From an uncultured Fibrobacter sp. (GTDB lineage: Bacteria; Fibrobacterota; Fibrobacteria; Fibrobacterales; Fibrobacteraceae), in contig CAMJHM010000001.1 of the NCBI GenBank assembly GCA_946405515.1, positions 13,289-77,288 on the forward strand: a stretch of 64,000 bases of DNA, given 5' to 3'. Below are positions 1-9,971 of the stretch, piece after piece; the stretch's first letter is position 1, and every line of letters starts with the position of its first letter. The translations under genes and the position numbers were made by a program. The notes beneath the pieces are model-generated. The model saw only the letters and a program-made list of their open reading frames with translations, searched no databases and had not been told where the DNA came from.

Positions 1-3000
1 AGCCGTGCCACTAGACTTGACCCATACGGAATCACCCGCGCGGTCCATCGCGGTAGTGTCGCCCACATGCACGAAATTCCATGCAACCGTCACCGGAACG
101 CTGTCGCGGCCATTCAGCGATTCGGCAACTCTGTAAGTAATCTTCGCAAGGCTATCCCCAGTGGCATAAGCATACTGTGAATTGCGTTGCGGGCGTGTGA
201 GGGTGGAGTAAATCGAAGTAGCTCCGGAGTCAGAGGTCACAGAAACGTTCGAAATGACGGGAGCGCTGCGGTCGACATAGAACTCGGCGAATCTCGTGGT
301 CGTGTTCATGGAGTCGGAGGCCACGGGCCACATGTTATCCGAGATGGTGCCGCCCAAGATAATGGAATCGTAAAGGCTGAGCATCTTGCCATAGACAACC
401 GTATCGGGCACAGCGTAGTCTGCTGCGTAGGCACGGACGCGATACAGCCCATCGCCACGGGACCTCACCGTATTAAGGGAGGAGGCATCCCACTGGATGG
501 CGAACTCGGGCGAAATCACGTCGGCGTAGGGCCGCAATTCAGCCACCTTGGTGAAAACGGGGCTACCGGAACTACTCGCATTGCTAAACTTTTCTAAAGT
601 GAGGCGCATCGCGAAGATGTCGGGGCCCTTTACAGAATCGCCGGTCCACGCATAGCGCACCATAAACGGCATACTATCCGGGTTCATCACGGACCGCTCG
701 GGTTCAAGCGTGAAATCAGGTGCAGTACGGTCCACGCGGAACGGCACCTCATACGTGTTCGAATCGCCACCGGAGTTCACCGCGGCAGTGTTGCGGATGT
801 CCGCCACGAATTTCCACAGGTAACTGCCCTCGGCAGGGTCGCTATCATGCTGGCGAGAGGCAAAGTAGGCACTCGAACTATCGTACACGAAGCCCGTCGG
901 GCTCACGCCCGGTTGCCCAACGCGCGAAGCGTCGTACACGGAATCAATGGTCATGTCCATGTCAAGCCGTGAGAAACTGGAAGTGCCATCGGTCCTGAAG
1001 ATAGTATCCTTCGCACCCTTGACGCGGAAGCCCTGATAGCCAAGCGCCGATGCGTATGATGCGAAACCCTTTATCTTGTTCAGGACAACATCACGCTGCG
1101 GCCACACCGGGTCGAGCTTGTTCGCCGTCGCCTTGAACAAGTAGTACAGACGCTGCGTATTCGAAAGCCCGATCTTGTTCACCGTAGAAATCGTCACCGT
1201 ATTCTGGTTGTCCTTCTGGAGCGCGGACAAAATGGTGTAGTTGTACTTGCGGGGCTCGAAGTCGAAGCGGCCGTCCTTTTGGACGGGATGCTTCTCCAGC
1301 TGCAAGGTATCCCAGCCGCTGCCACCGGAGCGCTTGTACACCGTACAAGCATCACCCGCCAAAGGGTCCTTTGTCACATCGCATTCCCATGCAATTTCTT
1401 CTTGATAGTTGAAATTCAGACGGATTTGACGCAAACGGTGCGGCATCAAGTCGTCAATCACGAAGGAATATTTCACGATAAAGGAATCCACTACAATGTC
1501 AGGAACAGAATATCTTTCAACATGACGAATAGGAATCTTGACTGAATCGCCACTCGGACCGAGTCCGTCTACGCGTTCCCAACGGTCCAGCTTCAAGCCC
1601 ACCCTAGACCAGTCAGATTCCGACTTGAATCTGAGCGGCGGCAACTTACGGAAGTCCGCGTAGTTCATCTTGCCATTTGAGGAAGCTGCCACATTGCCGA
1701 GGGAATCGTACAGACCCACCTCGCAGAGCTGCCGTTTGCCTGCACTATCAGCCTCGTAGTAGCAACCCGGTTCCACCGCCCGCAGCGCAGAGTTCGACAG
1801 AGAAAGTGCAAGGTTCACAAAAGGGCGTTCGTAAAGAAAGTCTTCCATAAGACGAATCTTACCCGACTCCTTGCCACCCAAAACTTTCGAATAGGAGAAT
1901 TCCGCCGAATACAGCGTATCAAGCATGCGACGGGCCTTCGCGTTCTCGTGGGAATCGTATAAGTCGTTCACAGCAGCAAGCAAAACAGGGACATTAGCAA
2001 CGGCCCCAGTAGAAGAAAACACCAAATCCTTTGCAATACAGGTCGCAGCCGAAACTGCCGTAGCAATCGCCATCGCCGTAGCTACCTCAGGAATCGGCAA
2101 GACCGATGCAACTGCTGCAGCCAATACGTTCGTAGTTGCATCTGCGAATTCTGCCCCTATATCCGCCGCCATAATTGCCCAAGTAGCCGTGTCCGTCAGC
2201 GGGTTGTATCCCCTCGCATGCAGAGCTCCCTCATAGCGGAATTTTTTCACGTCTACATCCGCACCTTTGAATGCCTTGGTGTGATCCCCGTAGCTCGACC
2301 ATTCGGGAACAAGCGCCGTTCCCCTGTCCATGACTGCGACACCCCCAACTAGGCCGAAGATGAAACCAGCCAAAGCGTTCACGTAATCCGAGGACTTGTC
2401 ATCCGATTCCCCGAGAAACGTCCGAGCATTGAGAACCGGCAACGCGACTTCGTCCGGAAGAAACCCCTTCAGCGGGCTAGCTACAGTATAATTTACAGGA
2501 TCCGTAAAAGTCATACTGTGTTCACCACCTAAAATGCGCATCATAGGCATATCGGGAGAAACACTGTCAACCAGATTTTTCACGCCACCTGTATGGGGGT
2601 TGATGTAGTCCGTCAAAGGATCATCAGAATGGAAATCGTAGCCATCTCCCAATTTGTCAACTATAACGCTATCCACAGCAACCTGGATTTCATCTATCAG
2701 GAAAGTTCCAACAAGAGTTACAAGCCCCACTTGGACGGTAGTCGGATCAATGGCCATCGCAATGCCGATAGGCAACAGAGCGTCTTTTGCATCGCTAGCC
2801 GCTTTTTTCCCGGACTTGATTCGCTCCTTAAGCGCAAGGAGCATGTTCAACGCTTCCGTGCCCTCGTGCGGGCTGTCGAGCGTGATGAGTTTGTCCACAT
2901 CTTTGTTGTAAAAACCGGATTGTACGTACTCGCGCGAAGAGACCCCTCCCATGGAATGGGAAATGATGATATTGCGGGAGGGGATGGTGCGATAGGAATA

Positions 3001-3555
3001 TGTAACGGAATCCAACCTACGATTGCGCAACGAGTCCTGCCCACCGGCCCTTACTTCCTGTGCTTCCTCAATAAGCGAACGACGAATAGAACAGTTATTA
3101 TTCCCTTTCCAGGTCCTGTCGCCGATTTCGTGTGCGTTATGAGCAGGGGATTCCGCAGGGTTCGCAAAGGAACGCTGGATATAGACATATTCTGAACCGT
3201 ATTGCACCGTATCTTCGAACACTGCGGAATCCAGCCAATAAGTAAGTTTTTTTGCAGCGTCGTCATTGTAATCTTTACTAGAATCAGGATTGAACGTAAA
3301 ATCATAGGCCCCCAACATCCCAACAGCACCTCCCAAGCGCCAACTAAAGGAATCCGGCATCGCTGCATAGTTCTTCGCCATTGAGGAAGCATCCTTTATG
3401 GAGTCATTACACTTACTTTCAAAGCCTTCACCTTCGGGAGCTGCTCCATGAATGAGGACTACATTGTAGCGCTCTAGCGTTTCCATCGGCTTCGCGGCAG
3501 ATAACACCACACAATAACTGGCCAAAGCGATGGCCAGCACAATAATGCTACGCAT
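1..3555 (-). CDS. Large secreted protein with N-terminal alpha/beta-hydrolase (PGAP1/lipase-like) domain followed by beta-rich domains; partial, continues past the left edge (>1185 aa)
   Basis: Absent from the ORF track because it has no stop in the window. Manual translation from ATG 3555 (RBS AAGGAA): MRSIIVLAIALASYCVVLSAAKPMETLERYNVVLIHGAAPE...IIISHSMGG...DKLITLDSPHEG. The frame reads open in the parts translated and at position 1. Paralogous to 9972-12365 and 4642-5913. Confidence 0.85.
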   Translation of the reverse strand, partial: MRSIIVLAIALASYCVVLSAAKPMETLERYNVVLIHGAAPEGEGFESKCNDSIKDASSMAKNYAAMPDSFSWRLGGAVGMLGAYDFTFNPDSSKDYNDDAAKKLTYWLDSAVFEDTVQYGSEYVYIQRSFANPAESPAHNAHEIGDRTWKGNNNCSIRRSLIEEAQEVRAGGQDSLRNRRLDSVTYSYRTIPSRNIIISHSMGGVSSREYVQSGFYNKDVDKLITLDSPHEGTEALNMLLALKERIKSGKKAASDAKDALLPIGIAMAIDPTTVQVGLVTLVGTFLIDEIQVAVDSVIVDKLGDGYDFHSDDPLTDYINPHTGGVKNLVDSVSPDMPMMRILGGEHSMTFTDPVNYTVASPLKGFLPDEVALPVLNARTFLGESDDKSSDYVNALAGFIFGLVGGVAVMDRGTALVPEWSSYGDHTKAFKGADVDVKKFRYEGALHARGYNPLTDTATWAIMAADIGAEFADATTNVLAAAVASVLPIPEVATAMAIATAVSAATCIAKDLVFSSTGAVANVPVLLAAVNDLYDSHENAKARRMLDTLYSAEFSYSKVLGGKESGKIRLMEDFLYERPFVNLALSLSNSALRAVEPGCYYEADSAGKRQLCEVGLYDSLGNVAASSNGKMNYADFRKLPPLRFKSESDWSRVGLKLDRWERVDGLGPSGDSVKIPIRHVERYSVPDIVVDSFIVKYSFVIDDLMPHRLRQIRLNFNYQEEIAWECDVTKDPLAGDACTVYKRSGGSGWDTLQLEKHPVQKDGRFDFEPRKYNYTILSALQKDNQNTVTISTVNKIGLSNTQRLYYLFKATANKLDPVWPQRDVVLNKIKGFASYASALGYQGFRVKGAKDTIFRTDGTSSFSRLDMDMTIDSVYDASRVGQPGVSPTGFVYDSSSAYFASRQHDSDPAEGSYLWKFVADIRNTAAVNSGGDSNTYEVPFRVDRTAPDFTLEPERSVMNPDSMPFMVRYAWTGDSVKGPDIFAMRLTLEKFSNASSSGSPVFTKVAELRPYADVISPEFAIQWDASSLNTVRSRGDGLYRVRAYAADYAVPDTVVYGKMLSLYDSIILGGTISDNMWPVASDSMNTTTRFAEFYVDRSAPVISNVSVTSDSGATSIYSTLTRPQRNSQYAYATGDSLAKITYRVAESLNGRDSVPVTVAWNFVHVGDTTAMDRAGDSVWVKSSGTA
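1163..1360. repeat. ~198-bp direct repeat, identical to 9976-10173
   Basis: Direct comparison, constant offset 8813. The second copy is the extreme 3' end of the truncated 797-aa gene. Confidence 0.9.
2375..2535. repeat. ~161-bp direct repeat, identical to 4688-4848
   Basis: Direct comparison, offset 2313. The second copy lies near the 3' end of the truncated 423-aa gene. Confidence 0.9.
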
Positions 3556-3572
3556 AAAATTTCCTTTTTTAG

Positions 3573-4523
3573 TTACTTTGTTACTATTAAATCCTCAGAA
3601 GAATAACCTATCGATACTCCCATGGAATCAATGAAATTATTGTATTCTATTCGTACGGGCGAATCAGGCGTTCCCAATGGTTTCAAATAATGAATAAAAG
3701 TTCCGTTTAGGGGATTAGGTTTACCATCAATCATCTTGGTTGGATGCTTTATCGTAAACATATTTCCCCGTATTTCTAAAACATTTTCAGTATATATAGA
3801 CCAACTAGCATCATCCCAAATTAATGAATCCATCAAACCATCTTTTCCATATTCATAAATTCCATATCTCTTCTCATCATACAACGCTTTCAAGCACACG
3901 GCCTCCCCGTCAATGTACGTAATGTCGTCACACCCATCAAGCCAAGCATATTCCCCTGTAAATTCTAATTTCTTCACAATTCCAGTAGCCGTGTCTAAAA
4001 CAGCAACAGGGCATTCTCTTAATTCCATCTTCAGCAATACATTCCCACCAATCCACGGACGCCCATATTTTCCGCAATTGCACTCACACGGAGCCTCACA
4101 ATTCCATTTCCGAACAACTCTAGGTTTCTCGCCAATTCGCCAAAAACCAAATTCACCATCAATATTAGAGAACAAAGCTGAAGAATCGTGAAAATACCCA
4201 TCAACAACACTTATACGTCCTTCAACTGTGTCTCCCCATAGAGGGCTCTGCTTTTTTCTATAGTTCACTAGGAATATGCCCGGATTCATCGTTCCCTTAT
4301 CACAGTATTCCCAAGGATTACAATCATCATCCCAAAGTTCCCATCCCCGCCGATTCTGCATAATTGCCAAGGAATCATCTATAATGGCAACGAGATATCC
4401 ATTCGTGCGATTTTTATCCACGACAAACCGTTCCTCATCGTCCAAAAGCCCACACCCCCACATGCAAATACACGCTACTACCAGCGCCATAGCAATCCAA
4501 GGTCTTTTTTTCAGGAACGGCAT
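3573..4523 (-). CDS. Cys-rich predicted lipoprotein (candidate immunity protein), copy C
   Basis: 316 aa, signal peptide with lipobox-like MWG-C. Paralog of 5929-6897 and 12383-13324, sharing the C-terminus YSSEDL(I/V)VT(K/R). Ends 17 bp before the hydrolase start. Confidence 0.8.
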   Translation of the reverse strand: MPFLKKRPWIAMALVVACICMWGCGLLDDEERFVVDKNRTNGYLVAIIDDSLAIMQNRRGWELWDDDCNPWEYCDKGTMNPGIFLVNYRKKQSPLWGDTVEGRISVVDGYFHDSSALFSNIDGEFGFWRIGEKPRVVRKWNCEAPCECNCGKYGRPWIGGNVLLKMELRECPVAVLDTATGIVKKLEFTGEYAWLDGCDDITYIDGEAVCLKALYDEKRYGIYEYGKDGLMDSLIWDDASWSIYTENVLEIRGNMFTIKHPTKMIDGKPNPLNGTFIHYLKPLGTPDSPVRIEYNNFIDSMGVSIGYSSEDLIVTK

Positions 4524-4574
4524 AAGAATCCCTTTTCAACAGTTCACAAACTGATGTGATTTTTGTCACACGTA

Positions 4575-4603
4575 AATATATCCAAAACTTTGTACAAAGT
4601 CAA
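4575..4603 (-). promoter_or_regulatory. sigma70-type promoter TTGACT-N17-TATATT with palindromic spacer CTTTGTACAAAG
   Basis: Near-consensus -35/-10 with 17-bp spacing, repeated upstream of all three lipoprotein genes. Confidence 0.7.
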
Positions 4604-4641
4604 GACAAATTTGAAAGATAATTTTAACAAACGATTAGGTC

Positions 4642-5913
4642 TCAGATGGCCACGCCACCGAGCGCTCCAAGCTCAAATCCGGCCAAGGCGTTCACGTAAT
4701 CCGAGGACTTGTCATCCGATTCCCCGAGAAACGTCCGAGCATTGAGAACCGGCAACGCGACTTCGTCCGGAAGAAACCCCTTCAGCGGGCTAGCTACAGT
4801 ATAATTTACAGGATCCGTAAAAGTCATACTGTGTTCACCACCTAAAATACGCATCATGGGCATATCCGGTGTAACCTTTTTGACCAAGTCATTCACGCCA
4901 CCGGATTTATTAGGGTCGATATAATCCACCAAGGGGTCGGAAGAATGATAATCGTAGTCCTCGCCCAATACATGCAATATAACGCTATCAACAGCCACCT
5001 GCACAGCATCGATAAGATACGCGTTCACGAGACCCACAAAGCCTACTTGAGCAAATGTCGGATCAAGCAGCAACTCAAGACAAAATGCCCAAAGCGCATC
5101 GGATGCAACATCCGCCACCTTCTTTCCCGACTTAACTCGCTCTTTCAAAGCAAGCAACATATTAAGCGATTCCGTACCCTCGTGCGGGCTGTCGAGCGTG
5201 ATGAGTTTGTCCACATCCTTGTTGTAGTAGTCGGCCTGTACGTACTCGCGCGAAGAGACGCCTCCCATGGAATGAGAGATGATGATGTTGCGGGAGGGGA
5301 TGGTGCGATAGCGAGCAGCGATATCCGTTCGCAAAGAATCCAATGGTCCCGAGCCACCAGCCCTCACTTCCTGGGCTTCCTCAATAAGCGAACGGCGAAC
5401 GGAACAGTTATTGTCACCTTTCCAGGTCCTGTCGCCGATTTCATGGGCATTGTGGGCAGGGGTCTCTGCCGGGTTCGCAAAAGAACGTTGAAGATATATG
5501 TAAGGAGAAGCGAACAGGTTCGTAGAATCCATGAAGACTTTTCCATTGCGGTATTGAAAATCCTCAAAAACGGCTGAATCCAGCCAATAGGTGAGTTTCT
5601 TCGAAGCCTTTACATTGTACTCCGAATCGTCACTGGAATCAGGGTCAAACGTATCACCATACGCACCAAGCATTCCGACCGCACCTCCCAAGCGAGAACC
5701 AATCGTAGAATCTAATTTAGTGATATTGTTAGAAGCTATTGCGGAAGCTTCATGTATTGGGCCTCCACATTCGTTTTTAAATCCCTCTCCCTCCGGTGCA
5801 GCACCATGAACAAGAATCACGTTATAGCGGCTTAGAACCTCCATCGGCTTTGCGGCAGACAATATCCCACAATAGCAGGCCATAATCATGGCCTGCACGG
5901 CAATATTACGCAT
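4642..5913 (-). CDS. Truncated N-terminal hydrolase cassette (423 aa), paralog of the long gene
   Basis: Signal peptide, VILVHG, SHSMGG, TLDSPHEG. Stops shortly after a block identical to the long gene. Confidence 0.8.
   Translation of the reverse strand: MRNIAVQAMIMACYCGILSAAKPMEVLSRYNVILVHGAAPEGEGFKNECGGPIHEASAIASNNITKLDSTIGSRLGGAVGMLGAYGDTFDPDSSDDSEYNVKASKKLTYWLDSAVFEDFQYRNGKVFMDSTNLFASPYIYLQRSFANPAETPAHNAHEIGDRTWKGDNNCSVRRSLIEEAQEVRAGGSGPLDSLRTDIAARYRTIPSRNIIISHSMGGVSSREYVQADYYNKDVDKLITLDSPHEGTESLNMLLALKERVKSGKKVADVASDALWAFCLELLLDPTFAQVGFVGLVNAYLIDAVQVAVDSVILHVLGEDYDYHSSDPLVDYIDPNKSGGVNDLVKKVTPDMPMMRILGGEHSMTFTDPVNYTVASPLKGFLPDEVALPVLNARTFLGESDDKSSDYVNALAGFELGALGGVAI
4847..5679. repeat. 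Two near-identical blocks (4847-5223 and 5438-5679) shared with 11299-11675 and 11890-12131
   Basis: Direct comparison, offset 6452. The intervening ~210 bp is diverged. Confidence 0.85.
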
Positions 5914-5928
5914 AAATGTTTCCTTTAG

Positions 5929-6897
5929 TTACTTTGTTACTATCAAATCCTCGGAAGAATAACTTATCGAAGATCCAGTAGAATCAACGAATGAATTATA
6001 CTTCAACCACGTTTCAGGATAACTTTCGAAATCAAAACCATTTTTCTCAATCAGGGCAAGCCTATCACCAAAATCATATGCATGGTCATTTTTATCAAAT
6101 GAACTTGCCTTCATTTTCACTGCATTCCCAAAAAATTCAGATGGATCAAAAAGCATCCATTCACCCTTTATCAGAGAATCTACTATTCCATCTTTTTTTT
6201 CGAAATCAATTTCACACAACCTATCACCACGTTGACGTAAGCACACAACATCCCCGTCAATGTACGTAATGTCGTCACACCCATCAAGCCAAGCATATTC
6301 GCCAATAAACTCCAGTTTACTCACAACACCTGTAGCTGTATCCAAGACAGCAAAGGGACAATTTTGGGCTCCCTCTAGCAAAACATTACCCTTTTCCCAT
6401 GGGCGAACATTCTGAATATTCTTTCCTCCATTACAATCTTTGGACCATTTCATTTCCCCTCGAACATCAATAGACTCGCGAATTTTCCAAAATCCAAATT
6501 TATTTTCATCATTATAAAAGAAAATCGTTGAATCATAAGCAAGACCATTCATTATGTGATAAATGCCCTTTGCGGTGTCCCCCCAATAAGGCAACTGTTT
6601 ACTTCTATAATTCACAAGAAAAATACCATGATTCATCGTACCTTTGTCACATGTTTCATTATAGTCGCAACTTTCTGCATGTTCTTCCCATCCTCTAGAA
6701 TTTTTTAAAATAGCCAAAGAATCATCAAGAATCGCGACCATCGTGCCACCAGTTCTCACATCATCAACAGCCGTAGTCGTCTCTTCATCAAACAGTCCGC
6801 ACCCCCACATGCAAACACATGCAAGTGCAAACACAAAGGCCGCGACCAGTCTACATTTTCCAATCATGAGCAATTTATCTTTACATTTTTCTTTCAT
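5929..6897 (-). CDS. Cys-rich predicted lipoprotein (candidate immunity protein), copy B
   Basis: The ORF-track start (7005) overlaps the promoter, so ATG 6897 or 6867 is more likely. CVCMWG-C lipobox; paralog of copies A and C. Confidence 0.8.
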   Translation of the reverse strand: MKEKCKDKLLMIGKCRLVAAFVFALACVCMWGCGLFDEETTTAVDDVRTGGTMVAILDDSLAILKNSRGWEEHAESCDYNETCDKGTMNHGIFLVNYRSKQLPYWGDTAKGIYHIMNGLAYDSTIFFYNDENKFGFWKIRESIDVRGEMKWSKDCNGGKNIQNVRPWEKGNVLLEGAQNCPFAVLDTATGVVSKLEFIGEYAWLDGCDDITYIDGDVVCLRQRGDRLCEIDFEKKDGIVDSLIKGEWMLFDPSEFFGNAVKMKASSFDKNDHAYDFGDRLALIEKNGFDFESYPETWLKYNSFVDSTGSSISYSSEDLIVTK

Positions 6898-6928
6898 ATG
6901 GGCGCCGATGTGATTTTCGTCACACGTA

Positions 6929-6957
6929 AATATATCCAAAACTTTGTACAAAGTCAA
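6929..6957 (-). promoter_or_regulatory. sigma70-type promoter TTGACT-N17-TATATT (copy 2)
   Basis: Identical core to 4575-4603, within a ~70-bp conserved block. Confidence 0.7.
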
Positions 6958-7179
6958 GACAAATTGAAAGATAATTTTAAGAAAAGACTGGATTTTTATT
7001 TGCATTCAGTTCGTGTCAAATAATGGCTCCGCAATTCAGCCTACACCAATCCACGGCACCCACCACCCAGCAAGCAACCCCACCTCCCGCAAGTTTTTTA
7101 AACAACTCTATACGCTACTTATCGTTTTTTTTCTCCTGTTGCAAGCTAGATTTCTAACAACCTTATTCAACAAAAACAA

Positions 7180-8352
7180 CTACCTATTCCCCTTGGCCCG
7201 GTTATGCGACTTGCAGAGCATCTCGCAGTTGGCCCGGTCGGTGGCGCCGCCTTTGCTCCAAGCGGTCACGTGGTCGGCATCCATATCGGCAAGTTTCCAA
7301 ATTTTATTCTTGTTCGCATTGTCGGACATGGCACAATAAGGGCAGTTGGAATGTCCATTTTCTTGGGCTTCATTCGTCTGCTTTTGATAAGCAGCCTTTT
7401 TCGTTCGTTCATCAAAAACACGGATATTTAATAGCGACTTATCTTCTTCGCCACCGAGAACATATTCAAAGATTCCTCTATTATTCGTTACAAAATCATC
7501 AGCAAGAAGATCTTCTACTCGTTTCCAGACTTCATCGGTGTTGTAGCCATTTGTATGGAACTTTTCGTAAAGACGTCCCCACTCCAAGCCACGCATTTCA
7601 GAAGTCGTTTCCTTGAATGTGGCATCAATCCAGTCAATAATCGTATCAAAATAAGTTTTGATTTCGTTAATATCCGCATCGTTACGATGCATGCTCATAT
7701 ATTGTTCGACGCTCTGCGAATTACGGGCGGCAACCCATTCCAAAGCAGTGCGCAGATAATCCTGACGATTTGCGCACCCCGAAACATAATCGGACCAAAC
7801 GTTGATTTTAGGACTGTTGGAATTCGAGAATTGTTCCTTCGCCTTGGTCACAAAGGAACCCGAATAAATGGCATTCAAAAGTTCCTGTTCATTCAGCGGA
7901 ACCCCCGCTATATTGATGGTCTTGAACCATTCCTTGATTTCAGTCTCTTCACCCTCGCAAATATAGACAAGCAATTTCGTATTATTGATTTTCTGCTGAA
8001 TTTCGTCGTTAAGCCCGGCAAAATACTGCTCCATTCCATTTCCATCTTTTATTGCAAACTTGCCTGTAACAAAACGACCGATAGAAGTAATTCGCTGTTG
8101 ACCATCGAGAATTTCAAGTTTACCATCGGGGCGGCGATTGAAGTAAATAAGGCCCAGCGGATAGCCTTTCAAAATAGAATCGATAACTGCGACATCCTTC
8201 TTACCGTCGGCGTAGATGTAATTGCGTTGATATTCCGGCTGGATAACAAGATTACCATTCAATCCATACAAGCCTTTATTTTCAAGGGTATTATAGACAA
8301 AACCCTTACAAATTTGTTCAATGGTGAAATCGGTTTGAAGTTCGGTTTTCAT
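7180..8352 (-). CDS. DUF262 (GmrSD/ParB-like) plus C-terminal HNH endonuclease
   Basis: PEYQRNY and LDGQQR DUF262 motifs. C-terminal CPYC...[12 protein letters not shown]...[13 protein letters not shown] motif. Confidence 0.88.
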   Translation of the reverse strand: MKTELQTDFTIEQICKGFVYNTLENKGLYGLNGNLVIQPEYQRNYIYADGKKDVAVIDSILKGYPLGLIYFNRRPDGKLEILDGQQRITSIGRFVTGKFAIKDGNGMEQYFAGLNDEIQQKINNTKLLVYICEGEETEIKEWFKTINIAGVPLNEQELLNAIYSGSFVTKAKEQFSNSNSPKINVWSDYVSGCANRQDYLRTALEWVAARNSQSVEQYMSMHRNDADINEIKTYFDTIIDWIDATFKETTSEMRGLEWGRLYEKFHTNGYNTDEVWKRVEDLLADDFVTNNRGIFEYVLGGEEDKSLLNIRVFDERTKKAAYQKQTNEAQENGHSNCPYCAMSDNANKNKIWKLADMDADHVTAWSKGGATDRANCEMLCKSHNRAKGNR

Positions 8353-8365
8353 TTTGAAAGGTCTC

Positions 8366-9436
8366 CTATTTTTTATTCTTTATAAGAATTCTTGCATACA
8401 CTTTTTTCCCGTTTATATACGGATAGCCAAAATTGTACTCATCAATTTTAGTTGTCACCATTTGCCCTAAAATTTCAAACTGATCTGGGCAATATTTATC
8501 CAGGAATGTTATTGGAACACCCATTACACCTTCATAATCACAAGGTATCGCATCAGTAAAAGGGACGTCGATTGCTTCATAATTATCATATTTGGGATAA
8601 CCATTCCCTCTCACTTCTTTATGTTTTGAGTGCTTAATGTTTTGAGCAATGGTATTAAGTTCTAAAGGTTGATGCCGCCTGCCATGTTCTAAATTCGTAA
8701 GCCATAAACAGTTATTCGTTGCCACAACGCGATTGCCGTTTTCATCAATACGAGCTTCCGTTCCATAAAGTTCGTAACCATCAGGAACAATGAATCCAGA
8801 AATCCACCGTCCCATACCATTACCAAGCCACACTTTATTATTCTTAATTTGTAAGAAAATCTCTTTGTAGGAAATCGCGTTTATATTCCCAATAATCAAA
8901 AACTGCTTTTGGCTATTAATCAGCCATGTAAAGAACTCCTTGAAAAGCGAAAAAGGAGGATTTGTTATTATGATGTCGGCCTCTTCCTTGAGTTTTTGAA
9001 CTTCTTCACTTCTAAAATCACCATCGCCTTCCATGTAGTTCCATTTCAAGTCGTCGATATTGATTTTTCCATCAGCATTTTCATCTTTCGTCAGCGTGAA
9101 AATCTTCCCCTTGATTTTCGTCTTATCCATACTGAACAAAGGATTTTCCGTTTCGAATAATGTTGGCTGCCAATCCCAGTCCACGTTCTTGCTTTCAATG
9201 GCGTAGCTCGTACTTATGAGTTTCTTGAGTCCAAATGTCTCAAAATTCTGCGCAAAGAACTTTGTAAAGTTGCTCCATTCAGGATCATCACAAGGCAAAA
9301 GAATTGTCTTATCGCGGAACACATCAGGATTGTATTCGAGATACGCATTTATCTCTTTTTGTATGTCGGCATATTGGGTATAGAACTCGTCATTCTTGTT
9401 CTTTTTGGCCTTGTGCAGGAATTCGGCGTTGGGCAT
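8366..9436 (-). CDS. Adenine-specific DNA methyltransferase, EcoRI family
   Basis: [22 protein letters not shown] and ITNPPFSLF motifs typical of the M.EcoRI-like family. Confidence 0.88.
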   Translation of the reverse strand: MPNAEFLHKAKKNKNDEFYTQYADIQKEINAYLEYNPDVFRDKTILLPCDDPEWSNFTKFFAQNFETFGLKKLISTSYAIESKNVDWDWQPTLFETENPLFSMDKTKIKGKIFTLTKDENADGKINIDDLKWNYMEGDGDFRSEEVQKLKEEADIIITNPPFSLFKEFFTWLINSQKQFLIIGNINAISYKEIFLQIKNNKVWLGNGMGRWISGFIVPDGYELYGTEARIDENGNRVVATNNCLWLTNLEHGRRHQPLELNTIAQNIKHSKHKEVRGNGYPKYDNYEAIDVPFTDAIPCDYEGVMGVPITFLDKYCPDQFEILGQMVTTKIDEYNFGYPYINGKKVYARILIKNKK

Positions 9437-9706
9437 CGTCTAGTCTCCATTCGGGAGCATCGCCCTGATTCACGCACAATCAAATTTTCGCCGAACAAAA
9501 AGGCGTGAAGTTGAATGCACTTGTCGTTTCGAGGCTCTCGACTGCCTACCAGAAACAAGCGCAAACAACTCACGCCCCAATACGGGCGACAGAACGCAAC
9601 GCACGAGAATGCCACACCGGTCACTTCGGCAAGCTCAGTGACCTTACACCAGCAATCCGCCTATGCGGTTTGTCGAAATACACCCGGACGCACTATACAG
9701 GATATA

Positions 9707-9800
9707 GCACGCCAAAGCATATAAGCGTGAGCGTCTGTCTCATTCTCTCTGGTACGAAACTGTCGAGATTTCGAAACGAGAACGAGAGCAAAAGCTCATA
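9707..9800 (-). promoter_or_regulatory. Putative structured RNA in the long 5' leader of the methyltransferase/nuclease operon
   Basis: Nested stems on the minus strand: GAGC/GCTC, TCTCGTTCTC/GAGAATGAGA (G-U wobble only on the minus strand) and CGAAA/TTTCG, plus a CACGC/GCGTG hairpin. Confidence 0.4.
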
Positions 9801-9854
9801 AAAATGTCTATGGGAAAATATACTTTATTTTAAACAGAACGTAGTTGTCCCAAC

Positions 9855-9956
9855 AAAAAAAGCCGGGGCGTTGCGGGGGCGGCGTCTGAGCCCCCGCTAG
9901 AAGGGGTAGCGGGAGACCCGGCCGGGGCTCCCGCGAGGGGGAGGCATCCCCCACCT
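9855..9956. repeat. GC-rich multi-hairpin REP-like element, possibly also acting as a terminator
   Basis: Palindromes GCGGGGGC..GCCCCCGC, GCGGGAG..CTCCCGC and GGGGGAGGCATCCCCC next to an A-tract, directly after the 797-aa gene. Confidence 0.5.
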
Positions 9957-9971
9957 GATTCAGTCTTTAAG

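Noticed and set aside
1091-1348. Duplicated short ORFs MYGVQALRWQ... (also at 9967-10161) and MDGMLLQ...
   Set aside because: Alternative-frame by-products of the 198-bp repeat inside the hydrolase genes.
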